This document shows, in pieces, positions 33,683 to 43,638 of a stretch of DNA of 64,000 nt (the stretch's first letter is position 1; every line of letters begins with the position of its first letter). The DNA lies in contig CACBON010000002.1 in assembly GCA_902540805.1 (NCBI GenBank), forward strand, positions 27,322 through 91,321, written 5' to 3'. Under the pieces are notes generated by a model. It had not been told where the DNA came from. It saw only the letters and a list, made by a program, of their open reading frames with translations, and searched no databases. This DNA is from an uncultured Alphaproteobacteria bacterium. Its GTDB lineage: Bacteria > Pseudomonadota > Alphaproteobacteria > Methylaequorales > Methylaequoraceae. The translations under genes were made by a program, and so were the position numbers.

Positions 33683-34590
33683 CTTCCTATATGTTTTATT
33701 CCTTTTTCTTTTGCAATTTGCATTTGTCTTCGACGTTCGTTATATCTAGCTTTTTGCTTTTTAGATTTTTCTTTAAAACATTTAGGACAAGATACTCCTT
33801 GTTTAAAATATTTTGATTTAGTGTCTACGTAATTTATTGCAGATCTACATGCAAAACATTGAGAATACAATCCTTTTTCAAGTTTATCATTTAGTGAAAC
33901 TCTTTCATCAAAAACGAAACATTCACCCTGCCACATTTTATTTTTATTTTTAGTTTTTTTTAAATATTCAATAATTCCACCCTTAAGTTGAAAGATATTT
34001 TTATACCCTTCATTAATTAAAAAATTACTTGCTTTTTCACACCTGATTCCACCAGTACAAAACATTCCAATTTTTTTTTCAAAAAGTTTTTTTTTATTTT
34101 TCTTAAACCAAATAGGAAACTCTCTAAAGTTAGTGGTTTTAGTTTTAACTGAAGATCTGAAAGTACCAATATCAGATTCATATTTATTTCTTGTATCGAT
34201 AATTATGGAGTTTGGATCAGAAATTAACTTCTCCCACGCATCAGGGTCTAGAAAATTACCAGTCATTTTCTCTGGACATATATTTTTTTGTCCTAGAGAT
34301 ACAATTTCTTTTTTTTCTTTAATTTTAAGTCTTAAAAAAGAATGATTATTATTATATTGATTTTTAAATTTAATTTGCTTTTGAATAAAAGTATTGATTA
34401 AAATCTCAACTTTCTCAAATTGTTCTGCTAATACTGAAAATGATGCATTGATTCCTTCTTTTCCAATAATAAACGTTCCTTTAATATTAAGTTTTTTCAA
34501 ACCAGCTGAGAGTTTTTCTTTTATTACACCAGGATTTCTTAGATAGACAAATTTGTAAAAGCTGGATACTATAAATTTTTTTTTATGCAT
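33679..34590 (-). CDS. trhO: Rhodanese-domain tRNA U34 hydroxylase TrhO (YceA)
   Basis: [41 protein letters not shown]. Confidence 0.9.
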   Translation of the reverse strand: MHKKKFIVSSFYKFVYLRNPGVIKEKLSAGLKKLNIKGTFIIGKEGINASFSVLAEQFEKVEILINTFIQKQIKFKNQYNNNHSFLRLKIKEKKEIVSLGQKNICPEKMTGNFLDPDAWEKLISDPNSIIIDTRNKYESDIGTFRSSVKTKTTNFREFPIWFKKNKKKLFEKKIGMFCTGGIRCEKASNFLINEGYKNIFQLKGGIIEYLKKTKNKNKMWQGECFVFDERVSLNDKLEKGLYSQCFACRSAINYVDTKSKYFKQGVSCPKCFKEKSKKQKARYNERRRQMQIAKEKGIKHIGS

Positions 34591-35205
34591 GACTTATTTC
34601 TTCAGAATTTTTTAAAAGCTTTCATTGCCATTGATCCAATTTCTTTAATTCCTATTTTAACAATAATTACTCAAGGTTTAAATACAAAAAACACAATTAA
34701 ACTTTCTGGATTTGTGTTTTTAATTACATGCAGTGTATTAACCTTTTTTTCATTTTATGGAAATTCTTTTTTAGTTTTTATGGGTATATCCATATCATCT
34801 TTTCAAATTATTGGAGGTTTTTTTCTTTTAATCATTTCTTATGAGATGGTATTTGAAAAAAGGGTAAAAAGAAAGACAACCATTGCCAATGAATTAATTG
34901 ACGAACAGGAATTGAATAGTTTGGCTGTATTTCCTATTTCAATACCACTGGTTGCTGGACCATCAGCCATAACACTCTCTGTTTTAATTTCAAAGGATAT
35001 CGACTACACAATGGTTAGTTTTTATACTCAAATTTTTCCACTCGTATTGACATTATTTTTAACTTCTATAATTATCATCTTCTCGAATTTTTTTATGTAT
35101 TTGCTTAATAAAACAATTATGAATGTATTACAAAAACTATTTGGATTAATTTTAGGTGCCCTGGCGGTCGAATACGTAATAAAGGGATGGAGTTTAATAG
35201 TATGA
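34585..35205 (+). CDS. MarC family membrane protein
   Basis: AIDPIS, FMGISISSFQIIGG, AVFPISIPLVAGPSAI, KLFGLILGALAVE. Confidence 0.9.
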   Translation: MHDLFLQNFLKAFIAIDPISLIPILTIITQGLNTKNTIKLSGFVFLITCSVLTFFSFYGNSFLVFMGISISSFQIIGGFFLLIISYEMVFEKRVKRKTTIANELIDEQELNSLAVFPISIPLVAGPSAITLSVLISKDIDYTMVSFYTQIFPLVLTLFLTSIIIIFSNFFMYLLNKTIMNVLQKLFGLILGALAVEYVIKGWSLIV

Positions 35206-35669
35206 ATGTAAAATCTCCATGCATAAATGTATGCAAGTTAAACCCTACAAACAATTTGTGTGAGGGATGTTTAAGGACTTCTGATGAAATAAGTAATTGG
35301 TCTAAATATACAGAAAATAAAAAAAAGAATATAATTGCAACGTTGAAAAATAGAAAGTTAGCAACCTTAATAGTATTATTTTTAATTTTTTTTAACGAAT
35401 GTTTTGCAAATGAGTTGTGGGTAGGTAAATGGAAAGCCCTGGATAAATGGCAATCTGAGTTCCTAATCGAAGTATATGCTGATGGCACAGCTTCAACTAA
35501 TTATGGAAATGGAGAAAATGGAAATTGGACGATTGTTGATGGAAATTTACAAATTATTTGGGAATCTGGAAAAAAAGATTATATCTTCAGTGGAGTTATG
35601 GGCTATCAAAGACTTTCAAAAAGCAGAAATGATAGTTATACCTCTGGAATGAAAAAATTATTTGACTAA
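35202..35669 (+). CDS. DUF1289 domain fused to a signal/TM segment and a beta-rich domain
   Basis: SPCINVCKL...CEGCLRTSDEISNW is a DUF1289 pattern; ATGA overlap with the marC stop. Confidence 0.7.
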   Translation: MNVKSPCINVCKLNPTNNLCEGCLRTSDEISNWSKYTENKKKNIIATLKNRKLATLIVLFLIFFNECFANELWVGKWKALDKWQSEFLIEVYADGTASTNYGNGENGNWTIVDGNLQIIWESGKKDYIFSGVMGYQRLSKSRNDSYTSGMKKLFD

Positions 35670-35966
35670 CTTTAAATATGGTTTTTTTAAATAGCTAATA
35701 ACTTTTCTTAAACTTTTAGAACTTGTTAAAATATTATTCTGTGATGAAAGTGTAAAAACACTGTTATTTTTATAATTTTTCTTTATCTCCAGACTCGGAC
35801 CGTGCTTAAAAGATCTATGAATGGCAAATACAGCATAACTTTTTTGAAAAGTAATCGAATAATCCTTCCATTCACCTATTGAAATTTTTTTTGAATATAA
35901 TTCCATAATTTCATGTATTTCTTGTTTTTTAAAACTAATAATTTTGGATTTTTTTAAATTATTCAT
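35658..35966 (-). CDS. DUF2794 family protein
   Basis: F.KQEI..I..LY..K...GEWKDYSI......AVF.I.R. Confidence 0.8.
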   Translation of the reverse strand: MNNLKKSKIISFKKQEIHEIMELYSKKISIGEWKDYSITFQKSYAVFAIHRSFKHGPSLEIKKNYKNNSVFTLSSQNNILTSSKSLRKVISYLKKPYLKLVK

Positions 35967-36051
35967 AAATATAAAATTGAAATTTTAATCTGATAGAATA
36001 TAAATACATTAAATATATGATATTAAACTATTTTGGAAAATAAATAAAAAA

Positions 36052-36696
36052 ATGAGTGAAGAATTTATTAGAGAAGTTGACGAGGATTTAAAAGAAGAAA
36101 AAAGACTAAAACTTTGGAAAAAACTACTCCCATACGTTGTCAGCATCTCCTTGGGTGTAATCTTAAGTACAAGTGGGTATGTTTTTTGGGAAAATTATAC
36201 AAATAAAACGAAACAACAACTTGGAGATGATTTCACTGCAGCTGTTGAACTTTCTAATGAAGAAGATATAGATGCTGCATTGATTGCATTAGATAGAATA
36301 GTAGACAAAGGCTCTGACGGATATGTAACTATGGCAAAAATAAAAAAAGCATCCATACTCATCGCTAAAGGTGATATAAATAAAGGGCTTGATATTTATT
36401 TAGATCTTGAAAAAAATGCAGTAGATCAATCATTTAGAGACATTGCAACAATACTTTTTGTAATGAATTCGATAGATTTTGAACAACCAGAAAAACTTTT
36501 AGATAAATTGGATCCATTAAGAAATAGTATGATCTGGAAATCATCTGCACTTGAATTGACAGCTTTTATTTATCTTAAAAATGATCAAAAGAAAGAAGCA
36601 TTAGAAACTTTTCAAGAAATTAAAATGCTTCCAAACAAGCCTTCTTCATTAGGCTTAAGAGCTCAGAATATGATTGATTTTCTACAGAAAGAATAA
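36052..36696 (+). CDS. YfgM-like TPR membrane protein
   Basis: MSEEFIREVDEDLKEE..LW, TM helix and TPR-like helices; upstream of bamB-der. Confidence 0.85.
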   Translation: MSEEFIREVDEDLKEEKRLKLWKKLLPYVVSISLGVILSTSGYVFWENYTNKTKQQLGDDFTAAVELSNEEDIDAALIALDRIVDKGSDGYVTMAKIKKASILIAKGDINKGLDIYLDLEKNAVDQSFRDIATILFVMNSIDFEQPEKLLDKLDPLRNSMIWKSSALELTAFIYLKNDQKKEALETFQEIKMLPNKPSSLGLRAQNMIDFLQKE

Positions 36697-36697
36697 A

Positions 36698-37984
36698 TTG
36701 AGAAAAAAGCATATAATAATAAGTTTTTTTTTTTTCATTATTTATTCATGCTCATACTTTGACGAGACAGAAGAGATTCTTCCAGGAAAAAGACAAAGCG
36801 TCTTTAAATTTGAAAACGAAATAATCCTAAAATCAAACGAAAGAATCAATATAGATAAAAGTATTTCCGTTGATTCTTGGTCTCAGCAATTCCAAAACGA
36901 AAGAAATCATTTATTCCATTTTAAGAGTAAACCCAACCTTTCACTAAAAAAAAAAATTAAACTCAATGATATAGCCTTTGATAAGATAGATTATGTTACT
37001 ACCCCAGTATTTGATTTAAAAAATGTATATTATGCAGACAACGATTTTAACGTTTATTCCACCGGTTTAGAAAATGGAAAAATAAATTGGATTGTCAAAT
37101 TAGTAAACGAAAAAACAGAGAATTTACCATTTATAGGTGGTTTTTCTCTTCACAAAAATGAATTATTTATTACATCCGGTTTAGGAAATATTTATTCTGT
37201 AAATGCAGAAAATGGAAAAATTTTATGGAAAAAAAAGTTATTAGTTCAATTCTCCAGGCCCCCTTTGGTATTCAAGAATAAAATTATTGTTGTTTCTGAT
37301 GATAACCAAACATTCGCTTTAAATACTGAAGATGGAAATTTAATGTGGTCCCACGCTGGAAATATCGAAGAAGTCTCAATCATTGGTGGCTCAAAACCAG
37401 TGGTCACAGAAAATATTGTAATTGTTTCATATTCTTCTGGCGAAATTTACGCACTTGATCATAATGATGGAACATTATTATGGTTTGATAATGTAGCATC
37501 TGGAAATTTTTTTAGTAAATCATCGTTGAATGATATTCAATCGCCCATTTCGATTGTAGGTGACACGGTATTTGTTCCATCATTTTCAGACAAATTTATA
37601 GCATATGAAGTTAGTAATGGAAATAAAATATGGAATCTTAAATTATCTTCAATTAATCCTTTTGTTGTTTCTGGAAGATCAATTTATTTAATAGACACTT
37701 TAGGAAGATTATTGTGTATCGACAAAGCTAACGGAAAATTATTATGGGCTGTACAGTTAAAAGTTTCAAATAATGGTGATGAAATCAGTTGGTTTGGTCC
37801 ACTTCTAACTTCCAATAAATTGATATTAAATAATTCAGAAGGACAGGTAATTTCAATCTCTCCGTTTACTGGAAAATTATTAAGTAAAATAAAGTTCTAC
37901 GAAGAATTTGTTTCTAATCCAATTAACATAGGAGATCAAATAATTCTAATTTCAAAAAAAGGAACATTATATATTTTGGGTTAA
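36698..37984 (+). CDS. bamB: BamB-like PQQ beta-propeller lipoprotein
   Basis: Lipoprotein Cys (IYSC), ILPGKR, repeated G..xW blades; TTG 36698 after the yfgM stop. Confidence 0.8.
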   Translation: MRKKHIIISFFFFIIYSCSYFDETEEILPGKRQSVFKFENEIILKSNERINIDKSISVDSWSQQFQNERNHLFHFKSKPNLSLKKKIKLNDIAFDKIDYVTTPVFDLKNVYYADNDFNVYSTGLENGKINWIVKLVNEKTENLPFIGGFSLHKNELFITSGLGNIYSVNAENGKILWKKKLLVQFSRPPLVFKNKIIVVSDDNQTFALNTEDGNLMWSHAGNIEEVSIIGGSKPVVTENIVIVSYSSGEIYALDHNDGTLLWFDNVASGNFFSKSSLNDIQSPISIVGDTVFVPSFSDKFIAYEVSNGNKIWNLKLSSINPFVVSGRSIYLIDTLGRLLCIDKANGKLLWAVQLKVSNNGDEISWFGPLLTSNKLILNNSEGQVISISPFTGKLLSKIKFYEEFVSNPINIGDQIILISKKGTLYILG

Positions 37985-37986
37985 AA

Positions 37987-39303
37987 ATGCCAGTTAAAAT
38001 AATTATACTAGGTAAGCCAAATGTGGGAAAATCATCATTATTTAATATGATTTTAAAAAAAAATATTGCAATTGTTGATAACCTTCCTGGTTTGACTGTA
38101 GACTTAAGAAAAAAAATAATAAGCTTATGGGATCTTAAATGTGAATTTGTTGATTCACCTGGTCTTGTAAATCCATCTAACGAAATTGAAGAAAAAATAA
38201 AGAAGAACACAATTGAATATTCAAAATTATCTGATTTGATAGTAATTGTATTTGATGGTAAATCAGATTTATCATATGAAGATTTAGAAATAATAGTTTT
38301 GGCAAGAAAATTTAATAAACCTATTTTATTGGTAGTAAATAAAACTGAGGGAAATTACTCTCAAAACGTTTTAAATGAATTAAATAAATCTGGTTTAGGT
38401 AAACCAATACTTGTATCTGCAGCTCATAATCAGTCAATTGATCAATTGAAATGGCAAATATATGAATCTTTAAAGAACTTGAAAATAATGGAAGAAAATG
38501 AGGAGCAATTTAATGACTTTTCAATTGCAATTATTGGCAAGACTAATACGGGTAAATCAACAATGTTTAATTTGATAAAAAAAAAAAAGATTGCAATAAC
38601 TGGCTCTCAACCAAATCTAACAAGAGATTCGGTTGAAACTAATGTAAGTTTAAAGAATTCTAATTTTAAGATGTTTGATACTGCCGGTTTCTCGAAAAGT
38701 AATAAAGAACATGTTCATGAATTAGCAATTAATCAAACTCTAAAAAAAATAAGACTATGTAATGTTTTATTAATAGTTTTGGATATTAATAATTATTATG
38801 AAAAAATAAACTCTAAAATTTTAAGTTTGGTCAATTCTGAGAATAGATGTCATGTATTATTGATGAATAAAATAGATAGCGTGAATGATTTTCAACAACA
38901 AAAAATTAAAAAACATCTTCAAGATTTAAATCCACAAATAAGAGAAACACCTGTATTATTTGTTTCAGCAAAAGAAAATATTGGTTTTGAGAAATTGCAT
39001 TCAATAATCGAGAAACAATTAAAATCATGGAAAAGAAGAATTACAACAAGTGATTTAAACGAATGGTTGGGTAAAGTAATGATTGAAAACCCTCCCCCCT
39101 TAAAAAATGGAAGAGTTGTAAAACTGAAATTCGCTTCACAGGTGAGTATTTCTCCTCCCAAATTTAATATTTTTTCAAATCACCCTGGTGCAATTAATAA
39201 CCAATATAAAAAGTATTTATCCAACAAGCTCAAAAAAAGATTCCAATTAGAAGCTGTGCCAATAAAGGTTAGATTTAAAAAAACTAATAACCCTTATGAG
39301 TAA
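37987..39303 (+). CDS. der: Ribosome biogenesis GTPase Der (EngA)
   Basis: Two G domains (GKPNVGKSS, GKTNTGKST) and a C-terminal KH-like domain ending NPY. Confidence 0.93.
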   Translation: MPVKIIILGKPNVGKSSLFNMILKKNIAIVDNLPGLTVDLRKKIISLWDLKCEFVDSPGLVNPSNEIEEKIKKNTIEYSKLSDLIVIVFDGKSDLSYEDLEIIVLARKFNKPILLVVNKTEGNYSQNVLNELNKSGLGKPILVSAAHNQSIDQLKWQIYESLKNLKIMEENEEQFNDFSIAIIGKTNTGKSTMFNLIKKKKIAITGSQPNLTRDSVETNVSLKNSNFKMFDTAGFSKSNKEHVHELAINQTLKKIRLCNVLLIVLDINNYYEKINSKILSLVNSENRCHVLLMNKIDSVNDFQQQKIKKHLQDLNPQIRETPVLFVSAKENIGFEKLHSIIEKQLKSWKRRITTSDLNEWLGKVMIENPPPLKNGRVVKLKFASQVSISPPKFNIFSNHPGAINNQYKKYLSNKLKKRFQLEAVPIKVRFKKTNNPYE

Positions 39304-39583
39304 ATTTTTATCTTATTTTATTTTATTTTTATCAAGTAATTTGTATGCAGATCAAGATAAAACTATAAACATAATAGTTGAAAATTGTAAATCTTGCCAT
39401 AACCTCAATATAGAAGTTACAAAAAAAATTCCAGATCTAAATAATTTAGAAAAAGAAGAATTTATTAGATTAATGACGAAATATAAAAATGATAAGGATA
39501 ATAGTGTAATGAACAGGATTTCTAGAGTCTTAACAGAAAATGATATTTTAAAAATGGCGGACAAAATATATGGTAAAAGATAG
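39296..39583 (+). CDS. Monoheme cytochrome c, FccA-like subunit
   Basis: Signal peptide, CKSCH heme motif, VMNRI Met ligand region; coupled to fccB. Confidence 0.8.
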   Translation: MSKFLSYFILFLSSNLYADQDKTINIIVENCKSCHNLNIEVTKKIPDLNNLEKEEFIRLMTKYKNDKDNSVMNRISRVLTENDILKMADKIYGKR

Positions 39584-40868
39584 ATTTGGCAGAAGAAAAT
39601 TTATTTCTAATATAATGACTAATTTAGCGTTTCTTTTTCTTGCAAATACTTTTTTATTAAAAAGACTAAATTCCAAAACAAGACCAAAAATTGTAATTGT
39701 AGGTTTGGGAATAGGGGGAGCTACCTGCCTTCAATATTTAAGTAAAATTTCTAACTTGGTTGACATCATTGTTATTGAAAAACAAAATGAATATCAAACA
39801 GGTCCTCTTTCTAATCTTGTGATCGGGAATATCTTAGAACGCAAAGATATTTGTTTTAAAATAAATAAAAACAAATATAAAAACGTAAAATTTATTTTCG
39901 AAAATGTAAGAAGAATTGATGTTGAAGATAAAAGTGTAATATTTTCAAAAAACTTGAAAGTAAAATTTGATTTCTTAATTTTATCTCCTGGAATTAGTTA
40001 TAAAAATGATATTTTGCAGGGATATAGTGTATCAGACAAAAAAAATATTCCACACTGTTGGGATGGAGAAAGCAATATCACTCAGTTTAAAAAAAGGTTA
40101 AGAGATTTAGAAAATAACTCAAAAATAATAATAACCTCGCCTGACTATCCCTACAGATGCCCTCCAGCACCATACGAGAGAGCTTCTTTAATTGCTAATT
40201 ATCAAAGAAAATTAAATAAAAAGGTTAAAATTTTAATTCTTGATTCAAAAAATTCATTTACTAAACAAGAAAACTTTTTTCGTGAGTGGCAAATTAGTTT
40301 TGGTGACGAAATTGAGTGGATACCTAGAAGTAAGGGTGGCAAAGTTGTCTTTTATGATCAAAAAAAAAATCTAGTAAAAAATTCAGATGGTCAAGTCTTT
40401 AAAGGAGATTTCATACATATAATACCTGAACAAAAAGCAGCTAATATTTTTTCTGATTCAGATTTATTGAATGACGGAAAAGACTGGTGTGAAATAAATC
40501 CATTATCATTCGAAGTTAATCGTTTCAAGGATATTTATGCAGTTGGTGATTCAATAGACGCTTGGGCAATGCCAAAATCAGCATTTTCAGCGAACAGTCA
40601 AGCTAAGGTTTTGGCAATAAATTTAATTAATAAAATTCTGGAAAAGGACTATATTGATCCTGTCTTTTTGAATACTTGTTATAGTTTTTCTAAAGAAGAT
40701 AGAGCATTTTCAATTTCTGCTTGGTATAGGTTGAATATTACAAAAGACAAAATTATTTCGTTAGGAAGTAACGAAAGTAGTGTATACGCTAATAATAATG
40801 ACAGGAAATTAGAGGCTCAACACGCTTTTGGCTGGTATGAAACTATGGTTAATGATCTTTTTATGTAA
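39570..40868 (+). CDS. fccB: Flavocytochrome c sulfide dehydrogenase flavoprotein (FccB/SoxF)
   Basis: Tat-like RRKFI, GLGIGG, YRCPPAPYERASLIA, MPKSAFSANSQAK, NTCYS. Confidence 0.88.
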   Translation: MVKDRFGRRKFISNIMTNLAFLFLANTFLLKRLNSKTRPKIVIVGLGIGGATCLQYLSKISNLVDIIVIEKQNEYQTGPLSNLVIGNILERKDICFKINKNKYKNVKFIFENVRRIDVEDKSVIFSKNLKVKFDFLILSPGISYKNDILQGYSVSDKKNIPHCWDGESNITQFKKRLRDLENNSKIIITSPDYPYRCPPAPYERASLIANYQRKLNKKVKILILDSKNSFTKQENFFREWQISFGDEIEWIPRSKGGKVVFYDQKKNLVKNSDGQVFKGDFIHIIPEQKAANIFSDSDLLNDGKDWCEINPLSFEVNRFKDIYAVGDSIDAWAMPKSAFSANSQAKVLAINLINKILEKDYIDPVFLNTCYSFSKEDRAFSISAWYRLNITKDKIISLGSNESSVYANNNDRKLEAQHAFGWYETMVNDLFM

Positions 40869-40872
40869 AAAA

Positions 40873-41535
40873 CTAAAAACATTTTTTTATTACTCTGTCT
40901 GATATCTCTTTCAATTTTCTTTCATCAACTTTATGTTTTCCTGCAAGGGATAAAGACATACCTGCATTGACTTTTTCAATTTCAATAAAATGTACTTTAA
41001 TTTTGAACTTTGAATTTTCTTTTCTAAAGATTTTTAACATTGTTTCTTTAGCTTTTTGACAAATACTAAATGTATTATGATACGCTTTCCCGGAAGAGAT
41101 ATCTCTGTTTTCGAGAAAAATTATTTTAGCATTTGATGATTTTCTCAATAAAGGTTCTAATTCCTTGACAATTCTCCAATAAGAGGAAAGATTTATTTCA
41201 ATAAGATCATCCCATTCTTTATGTGAAAAATTAGTCAACGGTCTCAATCCAAAAAAGACTCCAACTAAATTTATTATAAAGTCAATTCTTAAAAATTTTG
41301 AGCCTACTTTTCTTAACAAATTTGTCGCAAATTTCTTATTTGTTATATCGGCTTGAAAAAATGTAACATTCTTGTTTACTTTTTTTATTTCATCATCTAA
41401 TTTGATGAGTTTTTCAAGAGACTTACCATGTAGAATAAGATTTGTATTCATATGCGCTAAATCTAAAGAAATTCTTGTTCCTAAAATTCCTGTTGAACCA
41501 AAGATGATTCCATTACTAATTTTTTTAAGTTTCAT
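40873..41535 (-). CDS. Short-chain dehydrogenase/reductase family protein (degenerate)
   Basis: GSTGILG, LDDEI, EINL; usual position downstream of purF. Confidence 0.75.
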   Translation of the reverse strand: MKLKKISNGIIFGSTGILGTRISLDLAHMNTNLILHGKSLEKLIKLDDEIKKVNKNVTFFQADITNKKFATNLLRKVGSKFLRIDFIINLVGVFFGLRPLTNFSHKEWDDLIEINLSSYWRIVKELEPLLRKSSNAKIIFLENRDISSGKAYHNTFSICQKAKETMLKIFRKENSKFKIKVHFIEIEKVNAGMSLSLAGKHKVDERKLKEISDRVIKKCF

Positions 41536-41539
41536 CTAT

Positions 41540-43000
41540 TTATTTTGTAGGTTCGATTAATAAAGATAGTTGAGAAGGATTAATACCCGCGTCTTGATCA
41601 ATGAGTTTAACAGGATAATCACCACTAAAATAATGATCAGTAAACATTGGCTTTTCTTTTTCTCTTCCATTTTGAAAGCCTAATGCTTTGTAAACTCCGT
41701 CTAATGTTACAAATTTGAGACTATCTACACCAATATATTTCTTTATTTCATCTATTGTGAACTTTGATGCTAAGAGTTCTTCTTTAGTAGGTGTATCGAT
41801 TCCATAGAAGCATGGATATTTTACCGGAGGACTTGCAATTCGCATGTGAACATTTTTGACACCACAATTCCTCAACATTTCGACAATCTTAACAGAGGTT
41901 GTACCTCTGACTATTGAGTCGTCAACTAAAGCAATGCTTTTATTTTTAAATGATAAAATATTTGGATTATGCTTTAACTTTACTGATAAATTTCTCACTG
42001 AAATAGAATCCTCAATAAAAGTTCTTCCAGTGTAGTGATTTCTTATTATTCCAAATTCAAATGGTTTTTTTATCTTTTCAGAATAACCCAACGCAGAGGC
42101 GTTTCCGGAATCTGGAATTGGAATTACAACATCAATAATTTTGTTGTCTTCCGGATTTTCAGATGCCAACTGATGTCCGATACTTTTTCGAACATCATAA
42201 ACATTTCTTCCTTCCAGAATACTATCTGGTCTAGAAAAGTAAATATATTCAAATAGACATGGTTTAAGATATGTTTTTTTAAAAGGTTTTATTGAATCAA
42301 TTTTATTATTTTTGAGAATTAAAATTTCACCAGGCTCAACATCTCTTATTAAATTTGCTCCAATAATATCTAGTCCACAACTTTCAGAGCTTAAAATGTA
42401 TGAACCACCAAGCTTACCTAAAACAAGTGGCCTTATTCCAAACGGATCTCTTACACCAATGAGGCAATCATTTGTAAGCATTACCAGAGAGAATGCACCT
42501 GTTATTGACTGAAGGGCGTATACAATTCTATCAATAAGAGTACCTTTAGCAGTCGAAATCAAATGAAGAATCACCTCTGTATCAGATGTTGATTGAAAGA
42601 TAGCTCCATTCTTAATTAGTTTTTCTTTAATTTGATTCGTATTTGTTAAATTCCCATTGTGTGCGATTGCAATACCTCCGAAGTCTAATTCAGAGAAAAG
42701 CGGTTGAACATTTTTAAGTGCGGATTCACCAGTTGTACCATAACGGTTATGACCTATTGATGCCCTTCCCATAAGTTTGGGTATTATTTCTTTATTTGAA
42801 AAAACATCAGAAACTTGACCCATTCCTCTATGAGCAAAAAATTTTTGATTATTTGAAGTCACAATTCCTGCTGAATCTTGTCCTCTATGTTGCAGAGCAT
42901 GTAGACCTAATGCAGTAAGATTTGCAGCTTTATCATGATTGTAGACACCATACACACCACATTCGTCTCTTGGTTTTGATTTTGAAAAGAGATATTTCAC
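41540..43000 (-). CDS. purF: Amidophosphoribosyltransferase
   Basis: ECGVYG, LQHRGQDSAG, AHNGNLTN, VDDSIVRGTT. Confidence 0.97.
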   Translation of the reverse strand: MKYLFSKSKPRDECGVYGVYNHDKAANLTALGLHALQHRGQDSAGIVTSNNQKFFAHRGMGQVSDVFSNKEIIPKLMGRASIGHNRYGTTGESALKNVQPLFSELDFGGIAIAHNGNLTNTNQIKEKLIKNGAIFQSTSDTEVILHLISTAKGTLIDRIVYALQSITGAFSLVMLTNDCLIGVRDPFGIRPLVLGKLGGSYILSSESCGLDIIGANLIRDVEPGEILILKNNKIDSIKPFKKTYLKPCLFEYIYFSRPDSILEGRNVYDVRKSIGHQLASENPEDNKIIDVVIPIPDSGNASALGYSEKIKKPFEFGIIRNHYTGRTFIEDSISVRNLSVKLKHNPNILSFKNKSIALVDDSIVRGTTSVKIVEMLRNCGVKNVHMRIASPPVKYPCFYGIDTPTKEELLASKFTIDEIKKYIGVDSLKFVTLDGVYKALGFQNGREKEKPMFTDHYFSGDYPVKLIDQDAGINPSQLSLLIEPTK

Positions 43001-43001
43001 T

Positions 43002-43637
43002 TTATTCCAAATTATTTTCTATAATACTCTCAATATTTTTTCTTCCACTCTCGTTATAAATGTTTTCTTGATTTTTACTATTTTTTTTTATACGAAGTTT
43101 TGAATCTATACTTTTTTCAAAAAGAAGATCAGACTTTTTTTTTATTTCACTGCTTAAATTTTCAGAATAACTATTATCAATATCAAGAAATCTCAATATC
43201 TCATTATTTGTAATCTTTATGACTGGAATAATTTTTGAATTATCAATAAATTTCAAACTTTTTCCTTGATAAAAATAGTCAAAGCAAAAAAAACACAAAC
43301 CAACTATTACGTATCCTCTCAAAATTCCAAATATAAAACCAAGACTTTTATCAATAAGTCCAACATAACTATTCTTTATATAAACTGAAAACTTTCTAGT
43401 AAAAAAAGAAAAAAAAATAAAAATTACCAAGAATGCTAAAACGTAAGATATCCCAGTTGAGATCAGAATATTATTTATTATCTTGTTAAAAAAATTAACA
43501 AAATTGTTTCCATATGCGTAAGATCCAAAAAAAGATATAACCCAGACACTTATTGATAATAATTCAAGAGAAAATCCTCTAAAAAATGCAAATAGAGCTG
43601 ATATGAGAATTAAAACTAAAATTATTAAATCAAACAT
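43002..43637 (-). CDS. cvpA: CvpA (colicin V production) family protein
   Basis: RGFSLELLS, DKSLGFIFGILRG; upstream of purF. Confidence 0.9.
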   Translation of the reverse strand: MFDLIILVLILISALFAFFRGFSLELLSISVWVISFFGSYAYGNNFVNFFNKIINNILISTGISYVLAFLVIFIFFSFFTRKFSVYIKNSYVGLIDKSLGFIFGILRGYVIVGLCFFCFDYFYQGKSLKFIDNSKIIPVIKITNNEILRFLDIDNSYSENLSSEIKKKSDLLFEKSIDSKLRIKKNSKNQENIYNESGRKNIESIIENNLE

Positions 43638-43638
43638 A

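Noticed and set aside
5685-36051. CtrA boxes (TTAA-N7-TTAA) in intergenic regions
   Set aside because: TTAA words are too frequent at this AT content to be informative by eye.
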